Source: Lama guanicoe
Lineage: Eukaryota
DNA: 64,000 bases
NCBI GenBank assembly: GCA_013239625.1
Contig: MU054400.1
Location: 107,146 to 171,145 of the forward strand
Direction of reading: 5' to 3'
This document shows, piece after piece, positions 33,645 through 44,909 of this stretch. The notes below the pieces were generated by a model. That model searched no databases. It worked only from the letters and a program-made list of their open reading frames with translations, and had not been told where the DNA came from. The stretch's first letter is position 1. Every line of letters starts with the position of its first letter. Made by a program: the position numbers and the translations under genes.

Positions 33645-36575
33645 TTAAGACATATCATGGTCTCTACCAAGAGACACTGACATTAAAGATGTCCGTGGAG
33701 ATGGCAAGTGTCTTGATGGCTCAGTTTGAATAGACACATCACTGGACTGGTTCTCCAAATCAGAGGCAAAGGCGCTCTCTTCTCTTACATCAAGAGTTTG
33801 TTCAATTGAAGCTGTCTGGGGTAGAATATTATCTACAGTTTTGTTGGCATTATTCAAGTTGTTAAGTGTGTTAATATCACACTCCTTGCCCAGGACACTA
33901 AATTCATCTTCTATTGTAACTATATCTTTAGTTTCAAATGGTTCCAAAGAAGCCAAAAATTCATTTTGTAGAGGGTCTTGAGGACCCCTAAGGTCACATC
34001 CTGTATCCACCTTTACTTCAGAATCCTTATCACTGTCACTGTCAATGGTAATCACAACTGGGGAACGAGAAGCACTATCACCATGGTGTTTCTTGTGCTT
34101 CTTCTTATGTTTCTTCTTTTTCTTTTTATGATGTCTAGCTGTATCGGTAGCTTTCCCTTCAAAAACTATCTCTACACTTAGGCTCCGGGTCCTCCTCTTT
34201 CTCCTCTTGCGTTTTGTCTCTCTGTCTGATGATCGGCTGTCTGAAAAGCTATCACTCTCATTTTTGCAGTTTCCATCCAATTTTGATGAAGATTTTTGGT
34301 AATGACTTTCCTTCATTTTAGAAGCAAACTCACGAGATGGCTGAGCCACTTCGTTCGTACCCTCTAAATGCCGAGTTTTGTATTTTCGCTTTCCGCCAGG
34401 TTTTTCATTCCTCACCCGGTCAAGGCCTGTAGATGCAGTCTTTGATCGAGTACTAGATAGGCTCCTTGATCGATGCCTTTCATAGTAGTAATATTTCCTT
34501 TCACTGTGATTATTTTTTTTCCTAGCATTTGTTCTTTCAGAAAAGGACTGAATTCTACATTCTGGACTTGAAGATTGTCTGGAATAATGAGCTCTGGACA
34601 GAGTCCTCCTCCTGTAAGATGACTCGTAGCTATCCCGGTCCTTGTTTCTGCTATAGTAAGTATACTCCCACTTGTATCTGCTTCCATAATTATTTCTTAA
34701 ATAGTAACGATCTCTATTTCTGCTCCGTGATCTTATTTTACCACGATCACTGCTACGAGATCTTGACCTGCTTGTGCTTTCACTACTTAGAGACAGAGTC
34801 TGGCTTCTTCTCGACCAACTGCTATCTCTAGTTCTTGACCTCTTTTTGTCTCTTCTACCTCTAGGCCTGCTACTCTCCCTGCTTCTGGATCGTTTGCTCT
34901 TCATTCTTTTCTTCCCATGATGTTTTCTACGACTCTTCTGATCATGCCCACTCCTGCTCTGGGAACGTGAATCGGAACTTCTGGATCTTGCCTTCCTCTT
35001 GTGTCTGCGGGTATGTGGGGAATACACTCTGTCTCCTCTGATGGATGAGCTCAGGTCTCTGGGAGAGGACAAAGACGTAGATCGTTTCTCTTCTTTCTTC
35101 GATCTGATTCTTGTACCAGAATCACAATGCCCTTTATTTACTTGTTCGTCCTTTCCAAGCACAGAGTGTGGGGATGAACATCTACTGACATCACTATCAC
35201 CAGAACTGTAAGACTGCTCTTGCTCTTGTGTCTTCACTGTCTCCATTTTTTCATAAGATCCTAACTCTTCAGAATCAGAGGACAGTTCAACAAGTTCTGG
35301 GGTCCTCTCAGCTAGTGGTTTAACAAACCCAACAATGACACAGTTATCTGAAGAAGAATCACTGTCATTATTTAGGTCCTCATTGGTCTGTACTCCTTGC
35401 ATCTGAGTGGCTCTTCCTGTTACAAGTTCCTCATCTGAACTGTCAGATGTATTCAAAAGGGAAGACATGGCAGCATGTACCTGCTCTGAGCTTGAATAAG
35501 ATGGTCCTGGAGTTTCATCATCCCATGGTGCCTGACTAACAGTGGCTATGTTAATATCCAGTTCTTGGGTCTCAGCTTCATCTGGAGATATTGTTATGAC
35601 TGAAGAATCAGAATGGCTGCCTTCTTCATATGAAGGAGCAGGGCAGTCATAATTAGCATGCTGATCAAAGGCTGCCATATTAAACGGAGATCGAGCAAAA
35701 CTGATAAATTCATGTATAAAATGCTCAGTCCGATTAAGTAAAAATGGCCTTAAATCAGACACAAATGCCTGACTTTCCAAGTCATAGCGAGTAACATTGC
35801 TCATGATGATGTGCTGGACAATATTCACTAGAGATCCATGAGCTCCAAACAGAACTGTGAGTTCACGTTTTAACCAGGGCACCAATCTATGAAGGCAAGC
35901 TGGATTTCTACGGAAAAACTCAGCAGAAATATCCCTGTAGCGTCCGCCATCTTCAATATTTCTAACTCGAGCACCAGCACGATAGAGAGTTCGCCTGAAG
36001 TTAATAATATCCTGTTCTTGAATTTTCCGCAAAGATCTTTCATCTGCAGTAGCTGGCCTCCTTACTGCAATCTGTCTCATGAAAGAAGGAATTTCACCAT
36101 CTCTAGGTCTTCCTGAAATGCTTAACCCTTCAAACAGTACTCCACTATCTGGCGGAGTTGTTGTTCTTCTATTCACGGTACTACTAGGTGAATAAACAGA
36201 AGCACTTCGTTCCCTTGTCATGGTTGTCCGATAGCGGAACCGGCGAACATCAGGGGTAGCAAAAGAACCATTATACGAAGGCCTTAGGACGTACTCCTTG
36301 AAGTCGTCTTCTGCCCTCACAGAATGGAAAATAGAATCAAAGGGCTGTTTACACAGTGGACACTCAGCTTTGTTTTTTGACCACTCCTGTACACAGCGAA
36401 AACAGAACTTATGTAAACAGCGATCTAAGTAAGACACATTATCAAATCTATCCAAGCATATAGGACACTTAGAATCAGGAGATGCATCAGCTGGTACTGT
36501 CTGCTGCAATTTGCTAGTGCCAGCTTTAGGTGAAAAGTTGTCCATTTTAAATTCCTTAGCGGCTGAAGCCATTAT
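33645..36575 (-). CDS. TOPORS: TOPORS exon 3 (RING finger, SIM-like motifs, RS-rich and Lys/His-rich regions)
   Basis: Within the 978-aa ORF; acceptor TTGCAG|ATAATGGCT; C3HC4 RING CPICLDRF...CLHKFCFRC...CPLC; ends ...GRDHDMS*. Confidence 0.98.
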   Translation of the reverse strand: MMASAAKEFKMDNFSPKAGTSKLQQTVPADASPDSKCPICLDRFDNVSYLDRCLHKFCFRCVQEWSKNKAECPLCKQPFDSIFHSVRAEDDFKEYVLRPSYNGSFATPDVRRFRYRTTMTRERSASVYSPSSTVNRRTTTPPDSGVLFEGLSISGRPRDGEIPSFMRQIAVRRPATADERSLRKIQEQDIINFRRTLYRAGARVRNIEDGGRYRDISAEFFRRNPACLHRLVPWLKRELTVLFGAHGSLVNIVQHIIMSNVTRYDLESQAFVSDLRPFLLNRTEHFIHEFISFARSPFNMAAFDQHANYDCPAPSYEEGSHSDSSVITISPDEAETQELDINIATVSQAPWDDETPGPSYSSSEQVHAAMSSLLNTSDSSDEELVTGRATQMQGVQTNEDLNNDSDSSSDNCVIVGFVKPLAERTPELVELSSDSEELGSYEKMETVKTQEQEQSYSSGDSDVSRCSSPHSVLGKDEQVNKGHCDSGTRIRSKKEEKRSTSLSSPRDLSSSIRGDRVYSPHTRRHKRKARSRSSDSRSQSRSGHDQKSRRKHHGKKRMKSKRSRSRESSRPRGRRDKKRSRTRDSSWSRRSQTLSLSSESTSRSRSRSSDRGKIRSRSRNRDRYYLRNNYGSRYKWEYTYYSRNKDRDSYESSYRRRTLSRAHYSRQSSSPECRIQSFSERTNARKKNNHSERKYYYYERHRSRSLSSTRSKTASTGLDRVRNEKPGGKRKYKTRHLEGTNEVAQPSREFASKMKESHYQKSSSKLDGNCKNESDSFSDSRSSDRETKRKRRKRRTRSLSVEIVFEGKATDTARHHKKKKKKHKKKHKKHHGDSASRSPVVITIDSDSDKDSEVKVDTGCDLRGPQDPLQNEFLASLEPFETKDIVTIEDEFSVLGKECDINTLNNLNNANKTVDNILPQTASIEQTLDVREESAFASDLENQSSDVSIQTEPSRHLPSPRTSLMSVSLGRDHDMS

Positions 36576-39500
36576 CTGCAAAAGGGAAAAAGATACATCA
36601 GTAACCTGATAAAGGAGGAATGACTAAATCTGGAAGAAAAAAAAAGCAAATAATGACTGTGAAACATACTGGTGAAAACAGCGGAGTAGCTCATTGTCTC
36701 TGTAACATAAAGGGGCAGTGCAGCAGCTATGCTACAGAACTTTAATACAGCACTTAAAGCACAAGCTCTGAAGTCAGATTTCCAGGGTTTGAGGCCTCGA
36801 TTCCACACTAGCAGTGTGACTGTGAACTGGGTACTAGTTACTATCCTTATGCTTCAGTTTCATCCACAGATCACTGATAACAGAACCTGCCTCACAGGAT
36901 TTGTGAAGATGTCAAAAAAAGAAAAAAAAAAAAGCTTAGAAAAAGTGCCTAGTACATAGTAAGCTCTCAAATAGTACGTAATATTCTATTATTCTTTCAA
37001 AAAATAATTTGAGAAACATCTGACACATACAAAAAAGTAGAAAAGAAAATATACCAAGTACCCTTGTATCCACCACTCAGATTTAACAACTAACATTTTC
37101 TCATGGTTATCCCAGATCTTTTTAAATGCCCCTTTAATGTTCCCTTTCCATCCCTCTCTAGAAAACAAACAAAAATATCACAGTCCTCAGTTGGGGTTAT
37201 TTCTATGGATGGTTTTACATCTTTCATACATATGTCCCAAACAGTATGGACTACTGACTTGTTTTATTTGTTCTAAGTATTATGTATGTAACTTTAAAAC
37301 CAATTCTATGCCTTTTAGTGGAAGATTCTTTGACACACAAAAAACGATCTTTTAGTTAAGATTAAATGAAATAAAATGTAAAAGTACTCAAGGGCAGTGC
37401 CTGGCTTACAGCAACTGCTGAGTCAAATGTTAGTTGCTATTATTATTACTATACTACTATTATTACTGCATTACTGTTACTACACTATTATATTCAGTTC
37501 ATCAAACTCCTTTTACCATCCCTAAGAAGCTTTTCTTCTCCTTTTTCATTCAATCCAGTCAGCCACAAAGTATCTCGAAATCATGCTTTCAGTCCCTTCC
37601 CTTCCCTTTTCCCACAAGGATCACTAGAATCTTGAAATATTATTTTTTATTCTTTACATTTATGTTCATATTGGCCCGTAACTTACAAAATGAATTTGCC
37701 AGAGCTGAAATCTAGTATGCATTATTACATTTTGGCCTTGTTATCTTATAAAATTCCTCTTTAGCTGCCTTCTTCACTTATCAGTTTATATATATATTAA
37801 ATATTAGTTTCTTCCTTTATGCTTTCCTGGGCCTATTATTCATCTTTCTCCACCTCCTCTATCACTGGAAGTGCCATCACTAGTCAACTGCTGTCTAGTC
37901 AAATAGAACTGTAATTTCCTAAACAAGAGACTCACTGGCCATACCAAGCGCTAACAAAAACAAGTAAAACTAACAAATAAAACTCACAACAAAAATTCAC
38001 GACTGTGAAATATAAATATTTCATTACAGATTTCAAACTAAACTTGCTCATCTAGGGCAGCTTAGCTTTCTCAGAGCTGAACAAGTTTCTTCAAAGGTCC
38101 AACACTTCTAGGCCTGTTTTCTAGAATGGAAATATAAAACTTACCACTGCCCTTAAATAGAATAGACAATACTAATACTAACTGCATTTTTGCTAATATA
38201 TTTAAACTCTGAAACCTTAATATTGCATAAATTTCTCAGCATTTCCCCCTACTTCTAATATTTTTAAATTCTCTATAGAAAAAAAAAAACCCTAAAAGTA
38301 AAAACCTCTAGGATAAGAGTGCGTGTGCATTAGGGGGAGGAGTGAAGAGTGGAGAGGGCACTAGAGAGGTTATCAGATCTGGATCCAACACCAGGCTTCA
38401 TCTGAAACTAACTCTGTGAAGTGGAGAAATCCATATTAACTCTGGATTTCAGTTTACTCTTCTGTATAAGAAAGGGATTACTAGACTTTAAAAAAGACTG
38501 ATGAATTTCAAGATGATACATTTTATCTTAATTTGCTTCTTTAGAATAGAGAATTCTAGTGTTTACTAAACATTTCCAGTTTACATAAAAATCACAACCC
38601 AGAACGAATTTATTAAAGAAACGATTTGGTAGTAAATTGGAAGTTTAAACTAAAAATAAAATCTCAACTAATTATAATTTTTTAAAAATGGAATCTTAGT
38701 CCTCTGATTTCCTAGTGTTAGAAGCCTGTTATAAGCACTCTGACAGCTCAAGTCTAAAGAATGACAAGTGATGCCATCTATAGTAGACCAAAAGAACAAA
38801 TTAATTTATTAGTTCTGTTTTGTATTGCTACACAGGAATATCTTTAGCTACAAAGAATAGTATTCTTCAGAAACATCAATTGCAATGAATGTAAATCATT
38901 AAATAAGAGATTTACTCTTTCAAAATCATCACTAAATTCTAAAATTAAAATGTGCTAAATCAAACGAAGTAGAACTACCATATGATCCAGCAATTCCACA
39001 CCTATCTAAACAAGAGAAACAAAAATATGCCCACACATAAACTTGTAAGTGAACACTCACAGCAGCATTCGTCACAATAGCTTAAAAGTGGAAATAACCC
39101 AAATGTCCATCAACTGATGAATGTGGTATATCCATATAGTGGAATATTTGACAATTAAACAGAACAAAGTACTGATACACGCTACAACATGAATGAACCT
39201 TGTCATTACACTAAACGAAAAAAGTCAATCACAAAAGACCACATGTATGCCATTTTATATGAAATGTACAGAAAAGGCAAATCCATAGATAGAAAGTAGA
39301 TTGGTGGTTGCTGGGGAGGGGAGAGGGATAATAAGGTTACTTCCTAGGATGAGGAAAACATTCAATTAGATTACAGATGCACAACTCTGTAAATATACTA
39401 AAACTCATTGTATTATACACTTTAAAGAAGTGAACTTTATAGATCGAATATAAATTATATCTCAACAAAGAAAGTTGTTTAAAAAACACAAATTAAAGCA

Positions 39501-42500
39501 TATAACAGAGATGGAGAGGAGACAGATTTAAGATTTGGAGGTCTGCAGTTCTGGGTGAGGTAGCAAAGGTGGACCTGATGTTAGATTTAGTGCTTCAGGT
39601 TCCAGAAGAAATCTGTGATACATTTCCTCTACCCCTTGCACTCTAGGAATTAGGACTTTAATTTCCTCACAGGGGAGATTAATCAGTTCTGAACCTTTTT
39701 CCTCAACTGCCTCCCAAATTTTAAACAAAGTTTACCATCTTTGGGATAAACTGATTAAACAAAACCTTTCCTGCTCCAAATATTCAAATGTGTTGACTTT
39801 AACAAAGATATGAACCCTTCGTGTCACATTTTGGGAGAATTTCATATAATCAATAAGCATCCACATCTAGAGAAAATGAATGAGGGGCAGGTAAGAGCCA
39901 ATAGAGTCTAAACTAGACCACAGACTGGACATTTAAAAAACTGCACAGTGATACAAACAAAGCAGGAATACTCTGCAAAATCAAATATTTAATAAAGCCA
40001 AACTTCCTATAAAAGCTACCTTTTATGGCATTCCTTAAACTATCACTGCATATACAATTTAATCAATGGCTGATTACATCTGACAGAATGATGTTAAATT
40101 TTAATGCAGAGCCAGGGCTGGAAATCAAAACCACTTATAAGTGGTGTGATCTGGAGGAAATTATTTAATTTCTCAAAACTTTAAATTTTCTTAATTCTAA
40201 AATGGGTTAAGCAACAGTACCCACCTGAAAAGGTTGTGTGAAGGGGTACACTCTATGTAAACACTTAGTATAGTGCTTGCTATGCAGTAAAAACTTAATA
40301 CTGTATGTTATGTGAAAATAAAGTTAACTGTGGTCATTTCCATCACTCATAACTGATTATAAATGCCCAGAAAGATAAGAATCTAGAACAACTAAATGAT
40401 CTTCATATTAGGAACAGTATTGTACTCAATATATCTAAGCAAAGTGGATAAGAAGGGTTCAGAAGTGGATAAGCTAGCAACACAATTCCCCCAAGTATTA
40501 AAAATAATCTGAGTCCTCTCTTTTGTGACCTTGAAGAAATCACTGTATCCCTCTGTGAACTACAACTTAACCACCAATTCAAAAAGATCAAACCGAAGTT
40601 ACATGACTACTGACCAGATCCTACAAAATTTAATTCCAGATCCAGCAATATTTGCTTGGGAACCATTTCTCTCTAAAGCCACTCATTTCAGATAAGCACG
40701 ACTGTTTCGGCTGACTGCATAGCTTTCAAAGTCACTGACTAAAAACAAAAAACCCCAGCCCTCACCGACATTAACTTAAACTTGTTCCTCTTTTTCAATT
40801 TATCTTAAATAATCTTGAAAGTTACGTACCAAAATTCTATCCACTTTTCCTATCAAATCACTATTTGCCTCATCTCAGTCCGGCCCCCTTCCACTCTACC
40901 AATCAGCGGCCCACGAGGAAAGCTGCACTGACTTGATGGATGAAGAAATTACAGGCTGGGGAGCCCAGTCCACAGAGTAGAACAGGGCACAGACAACTCC
41001 AATAGTCAAGCGATAGTCACTTCGTTTGGTTGAAAACTGCCACCTGCCAGGATCTGAGACAAGTACCGCGTGCATTACATAACTAAAACGAACAAAAATA
41101 CTGTTACTCCCATTTTACAGACATACTCAGAGAGATTAGGGGAGCCGTCCAAGGTCACATCTGTGACAGTGGCGATGCCACGATTCAGACTCGAACGTTT
41201 TGTATTTTAGGCTGGTTCTCCCCTAGAGATCAAGCGCTTTCCAGTACACGGCTGGGCTCGCGCTTGCCACAGCGCTCCTCGGAAACGCAGCCCTCCTCCG
41301 CCCACCGGCTCAGATCCACAGGTGCGCGGAAGGAGCGCCAGCTCGCCGGGACCCCCGGCCCGCCGGGTGGCGCCGGCCCCGCAGACCCAGACCGCAGCTC
41401 CCTCGCCCCGGGGCCTCGCTGCAGGCGGGAGCTCCGGCTCGCCCAGCTCTTCCGACCCCCGCGCCCCATTGTTCCCAATCTCACTCACCTCGGAGGATGC
41501 CGGCGCAGGCCCGGCTGGGGCGCTCGTGGCAAGCTCCCGGCGGCCCAGAAAGCTGGGTCGGTGACGGCAGGACCCGCGAAGACGAACCCGGCGACTTCTC
41601 CGCCTGCCCTCAGGAGCGGGAGCAGGGGGCGCTTCACCCTCCTCGCGAGACAGCGGAGACCCCGGCGGCTGCTGCGACCCCTGTGACGTAAAGTTCTCAT
41701 TACCAATGGCAGCTCGGGGGCGGCAGCAAGAAGCGAAACCCACTCAGCGGCCCCCCGCGCGTCCAAACACAGCCCCCGCCTGCGTAGCGCATGCGCGGTA
41801 GAAGACGCCGGCCCGGAGGGCGGGGCCTGGCGCGCTTGGCCTGAGCCCCGCCCCTCCCCCCACGGGGCAACTCCCCCCCACCCCGCTTCCACTCCCGCTC
41901 CTGGAGTGGGAGCGCAGGGACCCTCCCGCCCACAAGCCACTATCTTACCATCACCCTTGTTACTGTTGATCTCTAGGGGTTACAGGGGCACCGGCTTAAT
42001 GTTCTCTTCTTCTTAACTTACCCGGAAGACACGCTACCTAGCTTGGTCTCCTTCAAACCTCACCAAACTCTGTGAGAAGTGATTGAAATTCTCTCTGGTC
42101 CATAAAGGAACTGAGTAACTTTACCTACGGTAGCACAGTGAGGAAACAACACCGGGATTCGAACGCAATCCCAGGTCAGAGCCCTACAGTCTTCAGAGAG
42201 AGAGGGATCTACTCCCGTCGAGGATAAACAGGGATTTTATCTAAGAGAACAAGTCTTGAAAGGTTCCCCCAGATACGATTTTCCTCTTCCCTACTCCCTG
42301 AAAGCTGGATTGAAACCCTGCTGCGGTGATATGAGACGTATAGAGACAGGACGCCTGGAGCCTAACGCGGCCGTTGCCCCATTCTGCCCCTAGGCCTCAA
42401 AAGTAATCGTCCCAAACATTCTAGAGCTGAACTTGGTACAACGGCCCGCGTGCCAAACGGCGTCCTCTGGCTTAATATTTGACTGTGCTACCGTTCTAAG

Positions 42501-44416
42501 CTCAATAAACACTTGTCGACTGACTAGCAGGTACATTATACCTGGTAACTGGTGCCTCGCTACTTTTTGTAAGTATCACTGACATCAACAAGCTATTGCG
42601 TTCTCAAAGAATTTTGTTTTTTNNNNNNNNNNNNNNNNNNNNNNNNNNNNNNNNNNNNNNNNNNNNNNNNNNNNNNNNNNNNNNNNNNNNNNNNNNNNNN
42701 NNNNNNNNNNNNNNNNNNNNNNNNNNNNNNNNNNNNNNNNNNNNNNNNNNNNNNNNNNNNNNNNNNNNNNNNNNNNNNNNNNNNNNNNNNNNNNNNNNNN
42801 NNNNNNNNNNNNNNNNNNNNNNNNNNNNNNNNNNNNNNNNNNNNNNNNNNNNNNNNNNNNNNNNNNNNNNNNNNNNNNNNNNNNNNNNNNNNNNNNNNNN
42901 NNNNNNNNNNNNNNNNNNNNNNNNNNNNNNNNNNNNNNNNNNNNNNNNNNNNNNNNNNNNNNNNNNNNNNNNNNNNNNNNNNNNNNNNNNNNNNNNNNNN
43001 NNNNNNNNNNNNNNNNNNNNNNNNNNNNNNNNNNNNNNNNNNNNNNNNNNNNNNNNNNNNNNNNNNNNNNNNNNNNNNNNNNNNNNNCGGGGCAACTCCC
43101 CCCCACCCCGCTTCCACTCCCGCTCCTGGAGTGGGAGCGCAGGGACCCTCCCGCCCACAAGCCACTATCTTACCATCACCCTTGTTACTGTTGATCTCTA
43201 GGGGTTACAGGGGCACCGGCTTAATGTTCTCTTCTTCTTAACTTACCCGGAAGACACGCTACCTAGCTTGGTCTCCTTCAAACCTCACCAAACTCTGTGA
43301 GAAGTGATTGAAATTCTCTCTGGTCCATAAAGGAACTGAGTAACTTTACCTACGGTAGCACAGTGAGGAAACAACACCGGGATTCGAACGCAATCCCAGG
43401 TCAGAGCCCTACAGTCTTCAGAGAGAGAGGGATCTACTCCCGTCGAGGATAAACAGGGATTTTATCTAAGAGAACAAGTCTTGAAAGGTTCCCCCAGATA
43501 CGATTTTCCTCTTCCCTACTCCCTGAAAGCTGGATTGAAACCCTGCTGCGGTGATATGAGACGTATAGAGACAGGACGCCTGGAGCCTAACGCGGCCGTT
43601 GCCCCATTCTGCCCCTAGGCCTCAAAAGTAATCGTCCCAAACATTCTAGAGCTGAACTTGGTACAACGGCCCGCGTGCCAAACGGCGTCCTCTGGCTTAA
43701 TATTTGACTGTGCTACCGTTCTAAGCTCAATAAACACTTGTCGACTGACTAGCAGGTACATTATACCTGGTAACTGGTGCCTCGCTACTTTTTGTAAGTA
43801 TCACTGACATCAACAAGCTATTGCGTTCTCAAAGAATTTTGTTTTTTGGAGAAAAGCTCAATTAACAGGAATTTGCACTATTCGTCCGCTATATAAAACC
43901 GAGTGGTATTCCTGTTTATGTCAAAGATGAATACACGAACCTCTACCTATACTGTGGGAACACACCCGGGATAAAACAATAATTCTTCCAGCGTTAGACG
44001 CCGGTGTATTATTTAAAACGTGGATTGTTTTTCCAAATAACTTAAATGCACACGACGGTACCTTAACCCGCAATAATACTGCACTGCAACTGAAAGAAGA
44101 CCGGTGACGAGTCAAGATTGTCCCCCTAAGCAGCAAAATACCCACTTTTAACATGTATTCTCGTTTCTCTCACCTTCTCCCCAAAGGCGGGATAGGCCCC
44201 CGATCACGTGACCTCGCTCCCAGCTCCGGGCGGAAGAGGCCGGCCCCGCCGGAGGGAAACGCGCCCGGACGCGAGGGGGCGGGCGCTCGCGCCCGGATGA
44301 AAGATGGCTGCCGCCGCCGCTGCCGCCGCCGCTCGGCAGCCACCGCCCCGGAGGTTACTCTAGGGCCTGCAGCTTCCGCCTGTGCTCCCGGACCGCCGCC
44401 GCTGCCTCCTTACCAT
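33645..44416 (-). CDS. TOPORS: TOPORS, RING-type E3 ubiquitin/SUMO ligase, 1041 aa, 3 exons
   Basis: join(44414-44416, 41489-41680, 33645-36575); both introns phase 0 and GT-AG. Confidence 0.95.
38965..39490 (+). mobile_element. L1M 3' fragment in TOPORS intron 2
   Basis: gaactaccatatgatccagcaattccac...cccaaatgtccatcaactgatgaatg. Confidence 0.8.
41240..41940. promoter_or_regulatory. CpG island over TOPORS exon 2 with NRF1 palindrome, GC boxes and CCAAT
   Basis: GCGCATGCGC at 41787-41796, GGGCGGGG near 41818, CCAAT near 41703. Confidence 0.75.
41489..41680 (-). CDS. TOPORS: TOPORS exon 2
   Basis: GSQQPPGSPLSREEGEAPPAPAPEGRRRSRRVRLRGSCRHRPSFLG...PASSE; TCACAG| and |GTGAGT; 192 nt. Confidence 0.94.
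41863..43847. repeat. 760-bp direct duplication (41863-42622 and 43088-43847) flanking a 465-N gap (42623-43087)
   Basis: The copies read identically at offset 1225 and both abut the gap. Confidence 0.95.
44414..44416 (-). CDS. TOPORS: TOPORS exon 1 coding part (initiator ATG only)
   Basis: The minus strand reads CTTC ATG|GTAAGG, a strong donor directly after the ATG, inside a CpG island; it joins in phase to exon 2 to give MGSQ... Confidence 0.85.
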
Positions 44417-44459
44417 GAAGCCAGTGAGTCGCAGCACCCTGGACCGGATTTACTCAGCG
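44415..44459 (+). CDS. SMIM27: SMIM27 coding exon 1
   Basis: ACC ATG AAG...: MKPVSRSTLDRIYSA, then donor |GTAGGT; resembles the human SMIM27 N-terminus as I recall it. Confidence 0.9.
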
Positions 44460-44786
44460 GTAGGTCCCGAGCCTGGCGAGGCTCCACGGGGTCGACTCCC
44501 GAGGTCTGCGGTGGAAGGCCCTCTATTTCTTCAGCGCCCAGAAACTCCAAAATCCATTCCTGAATGAAGCATTTCTCTCCCTTACCTCGACTCCGCCTCT
44601 TCCTGGAGGACACGCTCTTCCGCTTCTTACGTAAGGGAGGCTTGGTGTACTTGCCTCCGGAACGCCGTTTATCCCAGTTTGTCACTAAAATTCCCACCTT
44701 AGCAACGTATGCGGCCACCTGAGAGGGGCGGGGAGGAAGTGCCACTCACAGGTTTTTGCTTTTACTTCTCCTTTTGCATTTCTTAG

Positions 44787-44909
44787 TTGCTCCTCGCGGT
44801 CGTATTGCTCTCCTGGGGCTACGTCATCTATGCATCAACAGTAGCTGCCCGACGACAGCTAAAGAAGGAATACCCACACAAGATCTTCGGGATGAGCGAA
44901 AATTTGTAA
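44787..44909 (+). CDS. SMIM27: SMIM27 coding exon 2; full product is a 55-aa single-pass membrane microprotein
   Basis: Polypyrimidine tract + TTAG|, then LLLAVVLLSWGYVIYASTVAARRQLKKEYPHKIFGMSENL*; hydrophobic stretch followed by basic residues; candidate ATTAAA at 45061-45066. Confidence 0.9.
   Translation: MLLAVVLLSWGYVIYASTVAARRQLKKEYPHKIFGMSENL

Larger units (their letters stand above)
44180..44750. promoter_or_regulatory. CpG island: overlapping first exons and promoters of SMIM27 (+) and TOPORS (-)
   Basis: GC/CpG-rich; E-box TCACGTGAC 44204-44212, YY1-type AAGATGGCTGC 44301-44311, GC boxes. Confidence 0.8.

Noticed and set aside
41207..41743. Upstream in-frame extension of TOPORS exon 2 in the ORF track (MGFASCC...)
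   Set aside because: The listed start is not an ATG. A proper acceptor at 41681 and the ATG|GT exon at 44414-44416 explain the start better.
42127..42494. 13-bp perfect inverted repeat ACGGTAGCACAGT / ACTGTGCTACCGT
   Set aside because: One such pair within a few hundred bases is plausible by chance in 64 kb; there are no TSDs or other MITE features.
42585..43201. Four 184-201 aa ORFs in the ORF track
   Set aside because: They are open only because they run through the N gap.
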